Assembly (NCBI GenBank): GCA_035249905.1
Contig: DATFFT010000004.1
Coordinates: 395 to 64,394 of the forward strand
DNA: 64,000 nucleotides
Source: Actinomycetota bacterium
Lineage (GTDB): Bacteria > Actinomycetota > UBA4738 > HRBIN12
Direction of reading: 5' to 3'
A program made the position numbers and the translations under genes. The notes below the pieces were generated by a model. It was given only the letters and a program-made list of their open reading frames with translations. It ran no database searches and had not been told where the DNA came from. This document shows positions 1-10,828 of the stretch, in pieces. Numbering within the stretch: the first letter of the stretch is position 1; each line of letters opens with the position of its first letter.

Positions 1-484
1 AGGCGCGCGCGTGAAGCGCGTAGATGACACCCCACCCGAAGATGCCCTCGGCGATCGCCGGCGTCGAGATGAAGAGCTCCCCTGCCGGCCGGGGAGTGGA
101 GGTATCGGGCCTGTCCGCAGCCGTCTCGCCGAACAGGAGCCGGAATCGTGGTCCGGTGGGCCGGAAGTCGGCCGCCGGCGTCATCGACAGATCGAGCTGC
201 AGCGCGTCCGGGAGCAGGAACACGCGATACGTGGTCGGTCGGCGCACGAGATCGGCGAGCGGCAGGGCGTCGAGCTCGTCGGAGAGCAGGCCCGTCCAAT
301 CCTCGAGCACGTCGGCGACGGAGGAGCCGTCCGCGACGCCGAAGGTGAGGTCCAGGTCCGAGTACCGGTCGCCGCCGTCGACGGCGAGCGAGCCCACGAC
401 GGCTCCGGCGACGACGCGCTCATCTTCCTCAGCGAGCTTCATCATGCGGTCGCGAAGAGCGTCCCGCTGCTCGATGGTGAACAT
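1..484 (-). CDS. nucleotidyltransferase-domain protein (3' end lies beyond the left edge)
   Basis: Absent from the ORF track because it is open at the window edge. My translation from ATG (complement of 482-484) reads MFTIEQRDALRDRMMKLAEEDERVVAGAVVGSLAVDGGDRYSDLDLTFGVADG..., with a minimal nucleotidyltransferase-type GS...DxD motif and high GC3. Confidence 0.6.
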   Translation of the reverse strand, partial: MFTIEQRDALRDRMMKLAEEDERVVAGAVVGSLAVDGGDRYSDLDLTFGVADGSSVADVLEDWTGLLSDELDALPLADLVRRPTTYRVFLLPDALQLDLSMTPAADFRPTGPRFRLLFGETAADRPDTSTPRPAGELFISTPAIAEGIFGWGVIYALHARA

Positions 485-607
485 GCGAAGCCGATCGTAG
501 CCCCGCAAATCCGGGCGGGAACGCCATGGAAGGAGGGCGGGCGCGAGCAACCCACCGAACAGATGAACGCGAGTCTATGCCAGGCTGTCGGTGTCACGCA
601 TGGCGCG

Positions 608-1168
608 ATGCAACGCAGGGACCCTTCCGCGGCTTATGTCATCGTGCGGACGGTGGGGACGGTTGGACGCGACGGCGACGTCGATGGCGTCGACTTCGAG
701 GAGTTCTACCGGGCGGAGTTCCCCGGGCTCGTGCGGGCGATGTTCCTGCTCGTGGCGGACGTCGACGAGGCGCAGGAGCTCGCGCAGGAGGCGATGGTCA
801 GGGTGTACGAGCGTTGGGATCGCGTGTCGGTGATGGAGTCGCCCGGCGGCTACCTCTTCCGGGTGGCGACGAATCTCAACCACCGCCGGATCCGAGCGAT
901 TGCGATGCGGGCGCGCCGGCTCCGTACGTTCGGAGCGGGACAGCACGATGTGGAAATCAACCCCGCCCGCCGAGACCTGATCGAAGCGATCTCGTCGCTG
1001 TCGGTCAGGCTACGAGAAGCGTTCATGCTGGTCGACTGGCTGGGCATGAGCTCGGACGAGGCCGCGCGGATCCTGCACATCGCGCCGGCATCGGTCCGGA
1101 GTCGCGTGCACCGAGCGCGACGGGAACTCCGCGCGCGGTTGAACCCCGAGGAGCACGACGATGGATGA
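608..1168 (+). CDS. ECF-type RNA polymerase sigma-70 factor
   Basis: C-terminal 186 aa of ORF 11..1168. Region 2 (FYRAEFPGLVRAMFLL..AQELAQEAMVRVYERW) and region 4 HTH (MSSDEAARILHIAPASVRSRVHRARRELR). The upstream part of the long ORF is a shadow of the minus-strand gene. ATG 608 is chosen but the start is uncertain. Confidence 0.85.
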   Translation: MQRRDPSAAYVIVRTVGTVGRDGDVDGVDFEEFYRAEFPGLVRAMFLLVADVDEAQELAQEAMVRVYERWDRVSVMESPGGYLFRVATNLNHRRIRAIAMRARRLRTFGAGQHDVEINPARRDLIEAISSLSVRLREAFMLVDWLGMSSDEAARILHIAPASVRSRVHRARRELRARLNPEEHDDG

Positions 1169-2303
1169 CCTGGTCGAGCGAGTGCACCGAGACCTCGACG
1201 ACCTCGCGGCGGCACCCGCATTCGACGACCTGCGGCGGCGCGTGGCTCGCCGAGCCCGTCGTCGACGGATGGGATCCGGCGCGCTCGGCGTGACGGTGGC
1301 CCTCGCCGTCATCGCGGGAGCGTGGACCATCGCCGATCGGGAGGGGGAACGTTCGACGCCGCCGACCACCCCCGGGCAAGCCGCACCGACGGAACAGCTC
1401 TTCCTCGCTGGAGACGGCGAGGCGTGGGTGGTCGATCCCGCGAGCGGGACGTCGCGGCACCTCTCGATGCCGGAGCTTCCTCCCGGAGACGCACCCCATC
1501 GCGTGGCGCGACGGGACGGAGAGCTGGTCGCGTGGGCGTACCGAACGCTCGTGCTGCGGCCCAACGCAGGGTTCACCCCCGAAGTCCTCGTGCCCGACTC
1601 GCTCTTCTTCATCCCCTCCTCGGAACCCGATCGCGTGTGGGTCGGCATCCTCGACGAGTCGCAAGACGACGCCCGGCTGACTGCGATCCGAGAGGTCTCG
1701 ATCGACGGGCATGTGACCGTGCCGGACACACGTCCCCCCCACGGTGCTTGGCCTGTCGCCGCCGTCGACGGGAACCTCGTGTTCCAACAGGACGGCGAGC
1801 TCCTCGTGTGGAACCCCTCGACCGGCCGGGAGGTCGACCGGCTTCCCGGCGAGCTTCCCGTCGCATGGGATGGGCCCCTCCTGGCGTGGTGCGACGGGGC
1901 GTGCCGGTCCTTGAACGTGAAGGATCTCGACTCCGCGGGAGTGCTGACCGTCGAGCCCCCGGCCGGCGCGACCGGGTTCGAGGCCCTCCGGGGTGCGTTC
2001 TCGCCCGACCGCCGCACCCTGGCCGTCGCCGTCTGCCTGGGCCGAGGGGAAGACGCCGACCGTCAGCTCGCGCTGATCGACGTCCGCAGCGGCCGTATGA
2101 GGCTCGTCGACGGAGCGACGGTGCCGACGCCCTACGTCTTCATCGATTGGGCGCCGTCTGGCGACTCGGTGTTCATCACTGGGGGCCAGAACGCCGATCC
2201 GCGCCAGATAGTCGAGTATCGGCTCGGCCAAGCCACCGCCTCCGTCGTGGACGTCTCGGTCGGCGACTTCTACGGCATGGCGGCCTTCCGAGCCGATGCC
2301 TAG
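1161..2303 (+). CDS. putative anti-sigma factor / membrane-anchored protein with beta-propeller-like extracytoplasmic domain
   Basis: ATGA overlap with the sigma factor stop. Short cytoplasmic N-terminus, single TM (ALGVTVALAVIAGAW), then about 300 aa of repetitive beta-rich sequence (TolB-like feel). Confidence 0.7.
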   Translation: MDDLVERVHRDLDDLAAAPAFDDLRRRVARRARRRRMGSGALGVTVALAVIAGAWTIADREGERSTPPTTPGQAAPTEQLFLAGDGEAWVVDPASGTSRHLSMPELPPGDAPHRVARRDGELVAWAYRTLVLRPNAGFTPEVLVPDSLFFIPSSEPDRVWVGILDESQDDARLTAIREVSIDGHVTVPDTRPPHGAWPVAAVDGNLVFQQDGELLVWNPSTGREVDRLPGELPVAWDGPLLAWCDGACRSLNVKDLDSAGVLTVEPPAGATGFEALRGAFSPDRRTLAVAVCLGRGEDADRQLALIDVRSGRMRLVDGATVPTPYVFIDWAPSGDSVFITGGQNADPRQIVEYRLGQATASVVDVSVGDFYGMAAFRADA

Positions 2304-2340
2304 GGTTCTCGGTCTCCTCGGTGACGATCGGGACCAGGAG

Positions 2341-3318
2341 CTACACGGTGATGACGACCTTGCCTGCCGGGTGGCCTTCCGCGAGGTAGCGGATCGCGTC
2401 GGGAGCCTCGATCAGCGGGTACGTCCGGTCGATCACCGGCTTCACCGCTCCCGACTCCATGAGCTGGGTGAGATCGTTCAGGTTCTGTCGATCCTCGAGC
2501 TTCGTGGCCAGCCCACGGAGCCGTTGACCCACGAACAGCGATACGACCGGCGCACGAAGCACGCCTCGGAAGAAGCCGCCGGTCCAACGCCCGCCGCCGT
2601 CGCCGCCCACGATCACGAGCGTGCCCTTCTCCGTAAGCGCGCGGCGGAGCTGTGACAGCGGGCGGCGTCCCGCGGTGTCGATGATGGCGTCCCAGCGCCT
2701 GGAACCGTCCGTGAAGTCCTCGCGCGTGTAGTCGATCACGTCGTCCGCCCCGATCGAGCGGACCAGATCGGCCTTCCCTGTGCTGCACACGCCGGTGACG
2801 TTCGCCCTGAACGCCTTGGCGATCTGAACGGCGAACGAGCCCACGCCTCCGGCCGCGCCGATCACCAGCACGTCCTTACCGGGCTTCACCTGCGCCTCGT
2901 CGCGCACGGCTCGGAGCGCGGTCACGCCGGAGACCGGGACGGCGGCGGCCTGCTCGAAGCTGATCCCGGCCGGCTTCAGGACCACCCTGTCCGCCGGAGT
3001 GACCGTGAGCTCGGCGAACGAACCCTGTTCGGCGGTTCCCATCACCTCGTCGCCGGGCCGGAGGTCCTGGACGTTCGCGCCGACCGCCTCGACGGTGCCG
3101 GCGACGTCCCACCCACGGACGGCGATCTTCGGTGCGCGGAGCCCGAGCGCGAGACGCGCGATGTACGGCTCGCCCGCCATGATGTGCCACACGTCGGGGC
3201 CGCAGCCGGCGGCGCGGACGCGGACGAGTACGTCGTTCTCTCCCGCCGTGGGTTCCTCGATGTCTCGGAACTCCAACACGTCGGCCGAGCCGTACCGTTC
3301 CTGCACGATCGCCTTCAT
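2341..3318 (-). CDS. NADPH:quinone reductase-like medium-chain dehydrogenase/reductase (zinc-binding ADH superfamily)
   Basis: MKAIVQERYGSADVLEFRDIEEP..., Rossmann motif VLVIGAAGGVGSFAVQIAK, C-terminal GHPAGKVVITV. SD-like CCGGAGGGG lies upstream. Confidence 0.9.
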   Translation of the reverse strand: MKAIVQERYGSADVLEFRDIEEPTAGENDVLVRVRAAGCGPDVWHIMAGEPYIARLALGLRAPKIAVRGWDVAGTVEAVGANVQDLRPGDEVMGTAEQGSFAELTVTPADRVVLKPAGISFEQAAAVPVSGVTALRAVRDEAQVKPGKDVLVIGAAGGVGSFAVQIAKAFRANVTGVCSTGKADLVRSIGADDVIDYTREDFTDGSRRWDAIIDTAGRRPLSQLRRALTEKGTLVIVGGDGGGRWTGGFFRGVLRAPVVSLFVGQRLRGLATKLEDRQNLNDLTQLMESGAVKPVIDRTYPLIEAPDAIRYLAEGHPAGKVVITV

Positions 3319-3394
3319 CGAGCCCCTCCGGTGCCGTCGTTGTGGCGCACGGTCTGTGTACGCCGAACACTGAACGCAGCGTACGCGACGCGCG

Positions 3395-4550
<1,156 letters not shown>

Positions 4551-4592
4551 CCTCTCGGGATGGAGACCGCCGCCGGGTACGGTCGTGAGGAC

Positions 4593-4614
4593 TTGTCCTA
4601 TGATGCTAGGACAA
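4593..4614. promoter_or_regulatory. putative GntR(YtrA-type) operator, inverted repeat TTGTCCTA-N6-TAGGACAA
   Basis: Perfect 8-bp arms at 4593-4600 and 4607-4614, 22 nt upstream of the GTG of the GntR gene. It contains a TATGAT -10-like hexamer. Confidence 0.6.
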
Positions 4615-4635
4615 TAGACCGAGCGGAGGTGCCAC

Positions 4636-5028
4636 GTGATCGGCTTCAGGCTCGACGGTCGTTCCAACGTCGTTCCCTACCTGCAACTCGTGGAGCAGGT
4701 GCGGCGGGCCCTCCGGACCGGCCTGCTGGAGTCGGGTGACCGCCTTCCGACGGTTCGCGAGGTGGCCGAGACGGTCTCGATCAATCCGAACACGGTGCTG
4801 AAGGCATACCGGCAGCTCGAGCACGAGGGCCTCGTTGAGGGGCGTCCGGGGCAGGGGACGTTCGTCGTCGGATCGCTCGCCGGACCCTCGCTCGCGAGCC
4901 ACGCGGTGCTCCGCCGGGAGCTGCGCGCCTGGCTGGGGAAGGCGCGCGCCGCCGGTCTCGAGCCCGAGGACATCGAGGCCCTCTTCGGCACGACGCTGCA
5001 CGCGTTCGAGGCCGAGGGCGCCGCGTGA
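4636..5028 (+). CDS. GntR family transcriptional regulator (short YtrA-like subfamily)
   Basis: wHTH PYLQLVEQVRRALRTGLLESGDRLPTVREVAETVSINPNTVLKAYRQLEHEGLVEGRPGQGTFV, with a short C-terminal domain. SD GGAGG lies before the GTG. Confidence 0.9.
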   Translation: MIGFRLDGRSNVVPYLQLVEQVRRALRTGLLESGDRLPTVREVAETVSINPNTVLKAYRQLEHEGLVEGRPGQGTFVVGSLAGPSLASHAVLRRELRAWLGKARAAGLEPEDIEALFGTTLHAFEAEGAA

Positions 5029-5909
5029 CGGCGGCGATCGAGACCACCGGCCTGTCGAAACGCTACGGCCGGACCTGGGCGTTGCGCGACTGCACGCTCG
5101 CGGTCCCGTCCGGGCGCGTGGCCGCCGTCGTCGGACCCAACGGAGCCGGCAAGACGACGTTGATGCGCCTGGCCGTCGGGCTACGCAGGCCGACACGGGG
5201 CTCGGTCTCCGTGTTCGGCCGCACGCCCCGCGACGACCCCGCGTCGCTGGCCCGCGTCGGGTTCGTCGCTCAGGAGACACCGCTGTATCGGGACCTGACG
5301 GTCGCCGACCACCTCGAGATGGGACGACGGCTGAACGGTCTCGCGTGGGACCGACCATCAGCCGCGGAACGGCTCGGCAAGCTGTCGATCCCGCTCGACC
5401 GGCGCGCGGCCGAGCTTTCGGGTGGTCAGCGAGCGCAGGTCGCGCTCACGATCGCCCTCGCGAAGCGTCCGGACCTGCTCGTGCTCGACGAGCCGGTCGC
5501 GAGCCTCGATCCCCTGGCCAGACGGACGTTCCTCTCGGAGCTGATGGGTGAGGTGGCCGCGCGGGAGCTCACGGTGCTGCTCTCTTCGCACCTGATCGCC
5601 GACCTCGAGCACCGCTGCGATTACCTGGTGATCCTGTCGGATTCGCGCGTCCAGGTGCTCGGCGACGTCGACGACCTGCTCGCGACGCACAGCGTGCTGG
5701 TGGGAGCCGCCGACGGCGCGACACCGACCGGCGAGGTCGTCTCCTCACGCGAGACCGACCGCCAGCGCACCCTGGTCGTCCGCTCCGACACCGACGCGCC
5801 GGCACCGCCGGGGTGGGTCGGCGAGCCGATCTCGCTCGAAGACCTCGTGCTCGCCTACCTGAGCGAACCCGACGCGGGAGTGCTCCCGGGACCAGAGGGA
5901 CCGGCGTGA
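5025..5909 (+). CDS. ABC transporter ATP-binding protein
   Basis: Walker A GPNGAGKTT, signature LSGGQRAQV, Walker B LLVLDEP. Overlaps the GntR stop by 4 nt. Confidence 0.92.
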   Translation: MTAAIETTGLSKRYGRTWALRDCTLAVPSGRVAAVVGPNGAGKTTLMRLAVGLRRPTRGSVSVFGRTPRDDPASLARVGFVAQETPLYRDLTVADHLEMGRRLNGLAWDRPSAAERLGKLSIPLDRRAAELSGGQRAQVALTIALAKRPDLLVLDEPVASLDPLARRTFLSELMGEVAARELTVLLSSHLIADLEHRCDYLVILSDSRVQVLGDVDDLLATHSVLVGAADGATPTGEVVSSRETDRQRTLVVRSDTDAPAPPGWVGEPISLEDLVLAYLSEPDAGVLPGPEGPA

Positions 5910-6889
5910 TCTGGCTCGCGTGGCGACGCCGGCGCGGCGCGGTGATCGCGACCGCCGCTGGCGTGCTTGTCGCGGGGGCGCTCCTGTTCCTGACCGGGCG
6001 CTCGATGTGGAACGCGTTCCACGACGGCGGCCTGGCGGCATGCATCGAGGGCCTCGGGGGCGCGCGCTGGGTCCCGGTCTCCGGCGGTTGCCAGGACGAG
6101 GCGCAGGCGTTCGCGGCGCGCTTCTTCCCGATGCGACTGTTGGGCCTCGCGCTGTTCACGTTCGTGCCGATGGTCGTCGGCATGTTCTGGGGCGCGCCCG
6201 CGATCGCGCGTGAACTCGAGGACGACACGGTCTCGTTGGCCTGGACCCAGGGTGTCTCCCGGCGCCGCTGGGCATGGACGCAGCTCGCGTTCGCGGCGGC
6301 TGTCACCGCGGCGGCGATGGGCGTGTTGGCCTGGATCGCGACCTGGTGGTACGGCCCGCTGAACGCGGCCACGGGCGATCGGTTCCAGTGGCTGATCTAC
6401 GACCAACAGGGGCTGGTGCCGATCGGCTACGCGGTCTTCGCCGCGCTGCTCGCGACCTTCCTCGGAGCCACCACCGGTCGCACCGTGAGAGCGATGGCGA
6501 TCACCGCCGTGGGGTTCATCGTCGTCCGCTTCGGGGTCGCGGTCTTCTGGCGCCCCCGGTTCATGGCCGGACTCGAGCGGACGTATCCCGTCGTGACCGA
6601 ACGTGTACCGAACCGCCTGCTCGGCGACTGGCTCTACGGAGGCGGCGGACCCGGCGTCGGAGTCGTGATAAGGGCCAACGGTGAACGAGCCACCGGGGGT
6701 CAGCGCGTCTGCCCTCCGACCGACCCGGCGTGCTTCGCCGACATCGGCAGGGATGCGTTCAACCTCGAGCTGTTCCATCCCGCGAGCCGGTTCTGGACGT
6801 TCCAGTCGATCGAGACGGCGTTCTTCCTCGCCATCGCGCTCGTTCTGGGGGCGGCGACGGTCTGGTGGGTGAGGAAGCGCCTGACCTGA
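5906..6889 (+). CDS. ABC-2 type transporter permease
   Basis: GTGA overlap with the ATPase stop. Multi-TM protein (IWLAWRRRRGAVIATAAGVLVAGALLFL...) with Cys pairs in predicted outer loops. The N-terminal part of track ORF 5813..6889 is discarded. Confidence 0.8.
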   Translation: MIWLAWRRRRGAVIATAAGVLVAGALLFLTGRSMWNAFHDGGLAACIEGLGGARWVPVSGGCQDEAQAFAARFFPMRLLGLALFTFVPMVVGMFWGAPAIARELEDDTVSLAWTQGVSRRRWAWTQLAFAAAVTAAAMGVLAWIATWWYGPLNAATGDRFQWLIYDQQGLVPIGYAVFAALLATFLGATTGRTVRAMAITAVGFIVVRFGVAVFWRPRFMAGLERTYPVVTERVPNRLLGDWLYGGGGPGVGVVIRANGERATGGQRVCPPTDPACFADIGRDAFNLELFHPASRFWTFQSIETAFFLAIALVLGAATVWWVRKRLT

Positions 6890-7035
6890 CGGTTCCGCCC
6901 CGATCTCGCTCGGCCGCTCGGGCCCTAGGACCATCGGTCCTCGACCATGGGCGCCCGCCGGTTCCGCCGTTCTGCCTGCCCGGGTACCATCCAGTCGCTG
7001 TGAGTTCGCGCTCCCGAGCGGTGCAGAGCCAGACG

Positions 7036-8316
7036 ATGTCGGATCGACGAGACCCCGTGCGACACGCAGCCGCGCTCTTCGTCGCGGTGAGCGCGATCGT
7101 CGTCGCGGTCGTGGGCGTCGGTGGCGTGATCGCGTTGCGAGCCGTGAGCACCGGCGAAGCCCGACAACGCGCGCAGGACACCGCGAGCGTGGCCGCCCGT
7201 GCGGTGCAGGAGCGACTCACGAACGGCATCGTGCGGGGCCGGTCGACGAGCCTCGTGCGCATCGACGCGCTCGTGACCGCCGGCGTGCTCCGTGATCCGA
7301 TCGAGGACGTCACGCTCCGGCTCGCCGACGGCGAGATCGTGTTCTCGAGCCGCACCGACGACATCGGTTCGAGCGATCCGCTCGACGACGACGAGACTGC
7401 GGCCTTGACCCGAGAGGAGCCCGAAGTCGTCGCCTCCGACGACGACTCACTCGTCGTGTCGGTGCCGATCACGACGCCCGACGGCACGCCGGTGCTGTTC
7501 CAGGCCGATGTGCGATCGGGTGCGGTGGCGGCCGGATCCCGACGGCTCCTGACGGCGGTGCTGCCGGTGCTGGCTGTGGCGTTGCTCGTGCTCGCGCTCC
7601 TGCTCGTTCCGCTCGCACTCGGGCTCGCGCGTCGCGTGCGCGATTCCCAGCAGGAACGCGCACGCCTGCTGCAACATGCGGTCGACGCGTCCACGACCGA
7701 GCGCCGCCGGATCGCGGGCGAACTCCACGACGGTTTGGGCCAACAGCTGGTGGGATTGTCGATGACCCTGTCGGCGGAGGCCGATGCGATCGGGGCCACC
7801 GATCCTGCCGCCGCGGCGCGCCTGCGCGAGACCGGCGACCGCACCCGCGAGCAGCTGCGGTCTCTGCGTTCGACGCTGCTCGGCCTCTACCCGCCGAGCC
7901 TGGAACGCACCGGGCTCGGCCCCGCCCTCGAGGATCTCTCAGCGAACCTGCGGGCCGGCGATGTCGACGTGGAGGTCGACGTGCCGGCCGACCTGGTGAT
8001 AGCCCCCACGATCGAAGCATTGCTGTTCCGGGCCGCCCGTGAAGCGGTGCGCAACGTGGCGACGCACGCACGCGCCCGGCGGGTGCGTATCGCCATCGCC
8101 GCCGAGGACGGCGTCGCCTCGCTGTCGGTGTGCGACGACGGCATCGGGTTCGACCCCGCGCGCCGGAACGGGCTCGCCGCCGAGGGGCACATGGGCTTGG
8201 CGATGCTCGAGGACCTCGCCCGCGATGGCGGGGGGTCGCTTCGCATCGACACCCGCCCCGGCGCCGGTACGACCCTGCATCTGGAAGCGCCGCTCGCCGT
8301 CGGGGCCGGGCCATGA
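7036..8316 (+). CDS. sensor histidine kinase (HisKA_3 / NarX-LiaS class)
   Basis: TM-sensor-TM topology, H-box ERRRIAGELHDGLGQQL, HATPase region VCDDGIGF..GHMGLAMLEDLARDGGGSL. Start uncertain (ATG 7036; GTG options at 7003 and 7021). Confidence 0.88.
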   Translation: MSDRRDPVRHAAALFVAVSAIVVAVVGVGGVIALRAVSTGEARQRAQDTASVAARAVQERLTNGIVRGRSTSLVRIDALVTAGVLRDPIEDVTLRLADGEIVFSSRTDDIGSSDPLDDDETAALTREEPEVVASDDDSLVVSVPITTPDGTPVLFQADVRSGAVAAGSRRLLTAVLPVLAVALLVLALLLVPLALGLARRVRDSQQERARLLQHAVDASTTERRRIAGELHDGLGQQLVGLSMTLSAEADAIGATDPAAAARLRETGDRTREQLRSLRSTLLGLYPPSLERTGLGPALEDLSANLRAGDVDVEVDVPADLVIAPTIEALLFRAAREAVRNVATHARARRVRIAIAAEDGVASLSVCDDGIGFDPARRNGLAAEGHMGLAMLEDLARDGGGSLRIDTRPGAGTTLHLEAPLAVGAGP

Positions 8317-8954
8317 TCCGCGTCGTGGTGGCGGACGATCACCAGGTCGTGCGTGCGGGCATCGCACACCTGCTCTCCGGGTCGGACGACATGGAGGTGA
8401 TCGCCTCCGTCGCCGACGGGGTCGAAGCCGTCGATGCTTGCACGCGCACCGCGCCCGACGTGGCACTGCTCGACCTCGAGATGCCGAACCTCGACGGTGT
8501 CGAGGCGACGCGCCGCATCAAGGAAGCCGCGCCCGACACGGCGGTCGTCGTATTCACCTACTTCTCCGACCGCGACCGCATCGTTCAAGCGCTCGACGCG
8601 GGTGCGACCGGGTACCTGCTGAAGGACGCCGATCCCGCCGAGCTCGAAGCCGGCATCCGCGCGGCCGTCGCGGGCGGAGCGCCGCTGCATCCCACGGCTG
8701 CGGCCACCGTCCTGCAGGAACGGTCGGAGCGCACCGAGGCAGGTCTCACGGCCCGCGAACGAGAGGTGCTCGTGCTCGTGGGCGAGGGGCTCGTGAACAA
8801 GCAGATCGCAAGGCGCCTCGGTATCAGCGAGAAGACCGTGAAGACGCACCTGACCCGGGTCTTCCAGCGGATCGGGGTCGTGGATCGGACCCAGGCGGCG
8901 CTCTGGGCCGAGCGCCATGGCCTGCTCGGGCGGCCGACCTCGACGGAGTTGTAG
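8313..8954 (+). CDS. response regulator, NarL/LuxR family
   Basis: ATGA overlap with the kinase. REC (MIRVVVADDHQVVRAG..LLDLEMPNLDG) plus LuxR HTH (LTAREREVLVLVGEGLVNKQIARRLGISEKTVKTHLTRVFQRIGV). Confidence 0.92.
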   Translation: MIRVVVADDHQVVRAGIAHLLSGSDDMEVIASVADGVEAVDACTRTAPDVALLDLEMPNLDGVEATRRIKEAAPDTAVVVFTYFSDRDRIVQALDAGATGYLLKDADPAELEAGIRAAVAGGAPLHPTAAATVLQERSERTEAGLTAREREVLVLVGEGLVNKQIARRLGISEKTVKTHLTRVFQRIGVVDRTQAALWAERHGLLGRPTSTEL

Positions 8955-9003
8955 GACGGTGGTCTCATTGCCAACCTTGCACACCTGGCGCGACGATCGA
9001 GCC

Positions 9004-9402
9004 GTGCGTGGACCCCGACACGGCGCCGTCGTCGCCGCCATCGTCGCCGCCTGCCTCGTCACGCCGGGGGCCATGGGGTACGCGATCGAGTTCCCTTCGG
9101 AGCGGGCGACCGTTGCGCGAGGCACGTGCAGCGAGACGAGCCGGTGGCGCATCGGCGTGACCCGCAGCGAGCGTGGGTTCCGAGTCGGCGTGAAACTGCG
9201 CACGCGGCGGTCCGGCCAACGCTGGAACGTCTTCATCGAACACGACAGGGTGGGCATCTTCGCGGGTGCTCGCCGCCCCGACTTCAAAGGCCGCGTCAGG
9301 GTCCGACGTGCCGTGCCCAACCACAGGGGCGTGGACCGCTTCCGGTTCGGGGCGAACAACACCATCACCGGCGAGACCTGCCGGGGCCGCCTGCGCGTCT
9401 GA
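9004..9402 (+). CDS. small secreted hypothetical protein (two Cys, beta-rich)
   Basis: GTG start gives the signal-like VRGPRHGAVVAAIVAACLVTPGAMGYA. The mature part is GTCSETSRWRIGV...GQRWNVFIEHD...NTITGETCRGRLRV. The start choice is tentative. Confidence 0.55.
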   Translation: MRGPRHGAVVAAIVAACLVTPGAMGYAIEFPSERATVARGTCSETSRWRIGVTRSERGFRVGVKLRTRRSGQRWNVFIEHDRVGIFAGARRPDFKGRVRVRRAVPNHRGVDRFRFGANNTITGETCRGRLRV

Positions 9403-9536
9403 TCTCGGTCGCAGGACCAACGGCCGATTGCCGCTTCGACCGATCCGCCGGAACCATGGTGACGGCTCGCTCGGAACCGGGCCGAGGGACGACACGAGCG
9501 CGCTGCATCGGCCGAGCGGCCATGTGATTCCCCCCG

Positions 9537-9573
9537 GGCCCCCACGGCTCGCCCCCCGCGGGCCGTGGGGGCC
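9537..9573 (+). terminator. strong GC hairpin (11-bp stem) followed by TT
   Basis: GGCCCCCACGG (9537-9547) pairs with CCGTGGGGGCC (9563-9573) across a 15-nt loop. It lies between the secreted-protein gene and the DinB-like gene. No proper U-tract. Confidence 0.35.
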
Positions 9574-9620
9574 TTCCCTCGAACGCACGCCGTCGAGCGA
9601 AGGGCGTATCGTCACCGTCC

Positions 9621-10070
9621 ATGGACGACCGCGGCTACATCGAGGAGAACGCTCGAGAGCGTGAGCGCATGCGATCGATCGTCGAGAGCTCGACCGAGGA
9701 AGACCTCACCGCGCCGGTGAACGAGTACTGGACGGTCGTCGGGGTGCTCGGCCACATCGCGTTCTGGGACGCCCGCATCCTGTCGCTCGCCGACAAGCTC
9801 GAGCGTGGCGTGCCGTTCGGGGCCTCGGACACCGAACCGGAGGACGTGGACTGGATCAACGACGCCTCGCGCCCGCTGATCCACGCGATCCCGCCGCCCG
9901 AGGCCGCTCGGCTGGCGCTGCAGATCGCCGAAGACACGGATGCACGCGTCGCGACCCTTCCGCCCGATCGCCTCTGGCCGCGCGACCCGGACAGTCCCCT
10001 CTATGCCTTGAGGGCGTCGCACCGCGGAGAGCATCTCGACGACATCGAGGCGGCGCTCCGAGACCGCTGA
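9621..10070 (+). CDS. DinB/ClbS-like four-helix-bundle protein
   Basis: MDDRGYIEENARERERMRSIVESSTEEDL..WTVVGVLGHIAFWDARIL..SHRGEHLDDIEAAL, with the His-containing helices typical of the DinB_2 superfamily. Confidence 0.7.
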   Translation: MDDRGYIEENARERERMRSIVESSTEEDLTAPVNEYWTVVGVLGHIAFWDARILSLADKLERGVPFGASDTEPEDVDWINDASRPLIHAIPPPEAARLALQIAEDTDARVATLPPDRLWPRDPDSPLYALRASHRGEHLDDIEAALRDR

Positions 10071-10160
10071 GCCCGGATCTGCGCGTCGAGGCCGCGGACA
10101 GCAGGTTTCCCTGGTCGGACGACGGGGCATGGTCCCTCGTGCGACCCAAGGAGGAACGGT

Positions 10161-10724
10161 ATGGATACGTGGGTATGGATCGTGCTGGTGCTGCTCGCAG
10201 TGATCGTGGTGGCGCTCGTCGCGTGGGCGATCACGAGCAAGCGCCGGACCGAGTCGCTCCACGAGCGGTTCGGACCCGAGTACGACCGGGCGGTGAACGA
10301 GGGCGGCGACCGTCGGACTGGAGAGGCGGACCTGCGCGACCGGGTGAAGCGCCGCGAGGATCTCGACATCCGGCCGCTCGCACCCGCCGCCGCCGAGCGG
10401 TACGCGACCGAGTGGCGCGACGTGCAGGCACGGTTCGTGGACTCGCCCGAGGGCGCCCTGGGCCAGGCCGACATGTTGATCACGAGCGTGATGCGCGAGC
10501 GAGGCTATCCGATGGACGACTTCGACCAGCGGTCCGCCGACATCTCGGTCGACCACCCGGACGTCGTCCAGGACTATCGGGCTGCGCACGGCATCTCGCT
10601 CGCGAACGACCACGGGGCTGCGTCGACCGAGGACCAGCGCCAGGGCATGGTGCACTACCGATCCCTCTTCGAGCGGATGCTCGAGGTCGACGACACGGCC
10701 CGGGAAGGCGAGGTTCAGCGATGA
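10161..10724 (+). CDS. membrane-anchored hypothetical protein (actinobacterial conserved WR..Q..FVD.P...STED.R....YR..F domain)
   Basis: N-terminal TM MDTWVWIVLVLLAVIVVALVAWAI, then ERYATEWRDVQARFVDSPEGALGQADMLI...STEDQRQGMVHYRSLFERML. Confidence 0.75.
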   Translation: MDTWVWIVLVLLAVIVVALVAWAITSKRRTESLHERFGPEYDRAVNEGGDRRTGEADLRDRVKRREDLDIRPLAPAAAERYATEWRDVQARFVDSPEGALGQADMLITSVMRERGYPMDDFDQRSADISVDHPDVVQDYRAAHGISLANDHGAASTEDQRQGMVHYRSLFERMLEVDDTAREGEVQR

Positions 10725-10828
10725 CCGCAGAACAACGCCTCTCGACGGCTGACCTCACCGGCTCACGCTCGGACGAGGGGGATTGAAGCGACGGCTTTAG
10801 GGATGAGGGCGAGGAGACCGCGCCACTG

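Noticed and set aside
517-545. GGGAAC as a possible ECF -35 element upstream of the first sigma gene
   Set aside because: There is no CGT/GTC-type -10 element at the expected 16-17 nt spacing, so I do not call a promoter.
11-607. N-terminal 199 codons of the 385-aa ORF containing the first sigma factor
   Set aside because: This part is Arg/Gly/Glu-rich nonsense and overlaps a convincing minus-strand nucleotidyltransferase gene (1-484). The sigma factor is complete from about 608.
10784-10786. In-frame TGA as a selenocysteine codon
   Set aside because: I could not see a convincing SECIS-like hairpin immediately downstream. The position is in a low-complexity acidic linker rather than a redox motif. 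A nonsense mutation, sequencing error or read-through is more parsimonious.
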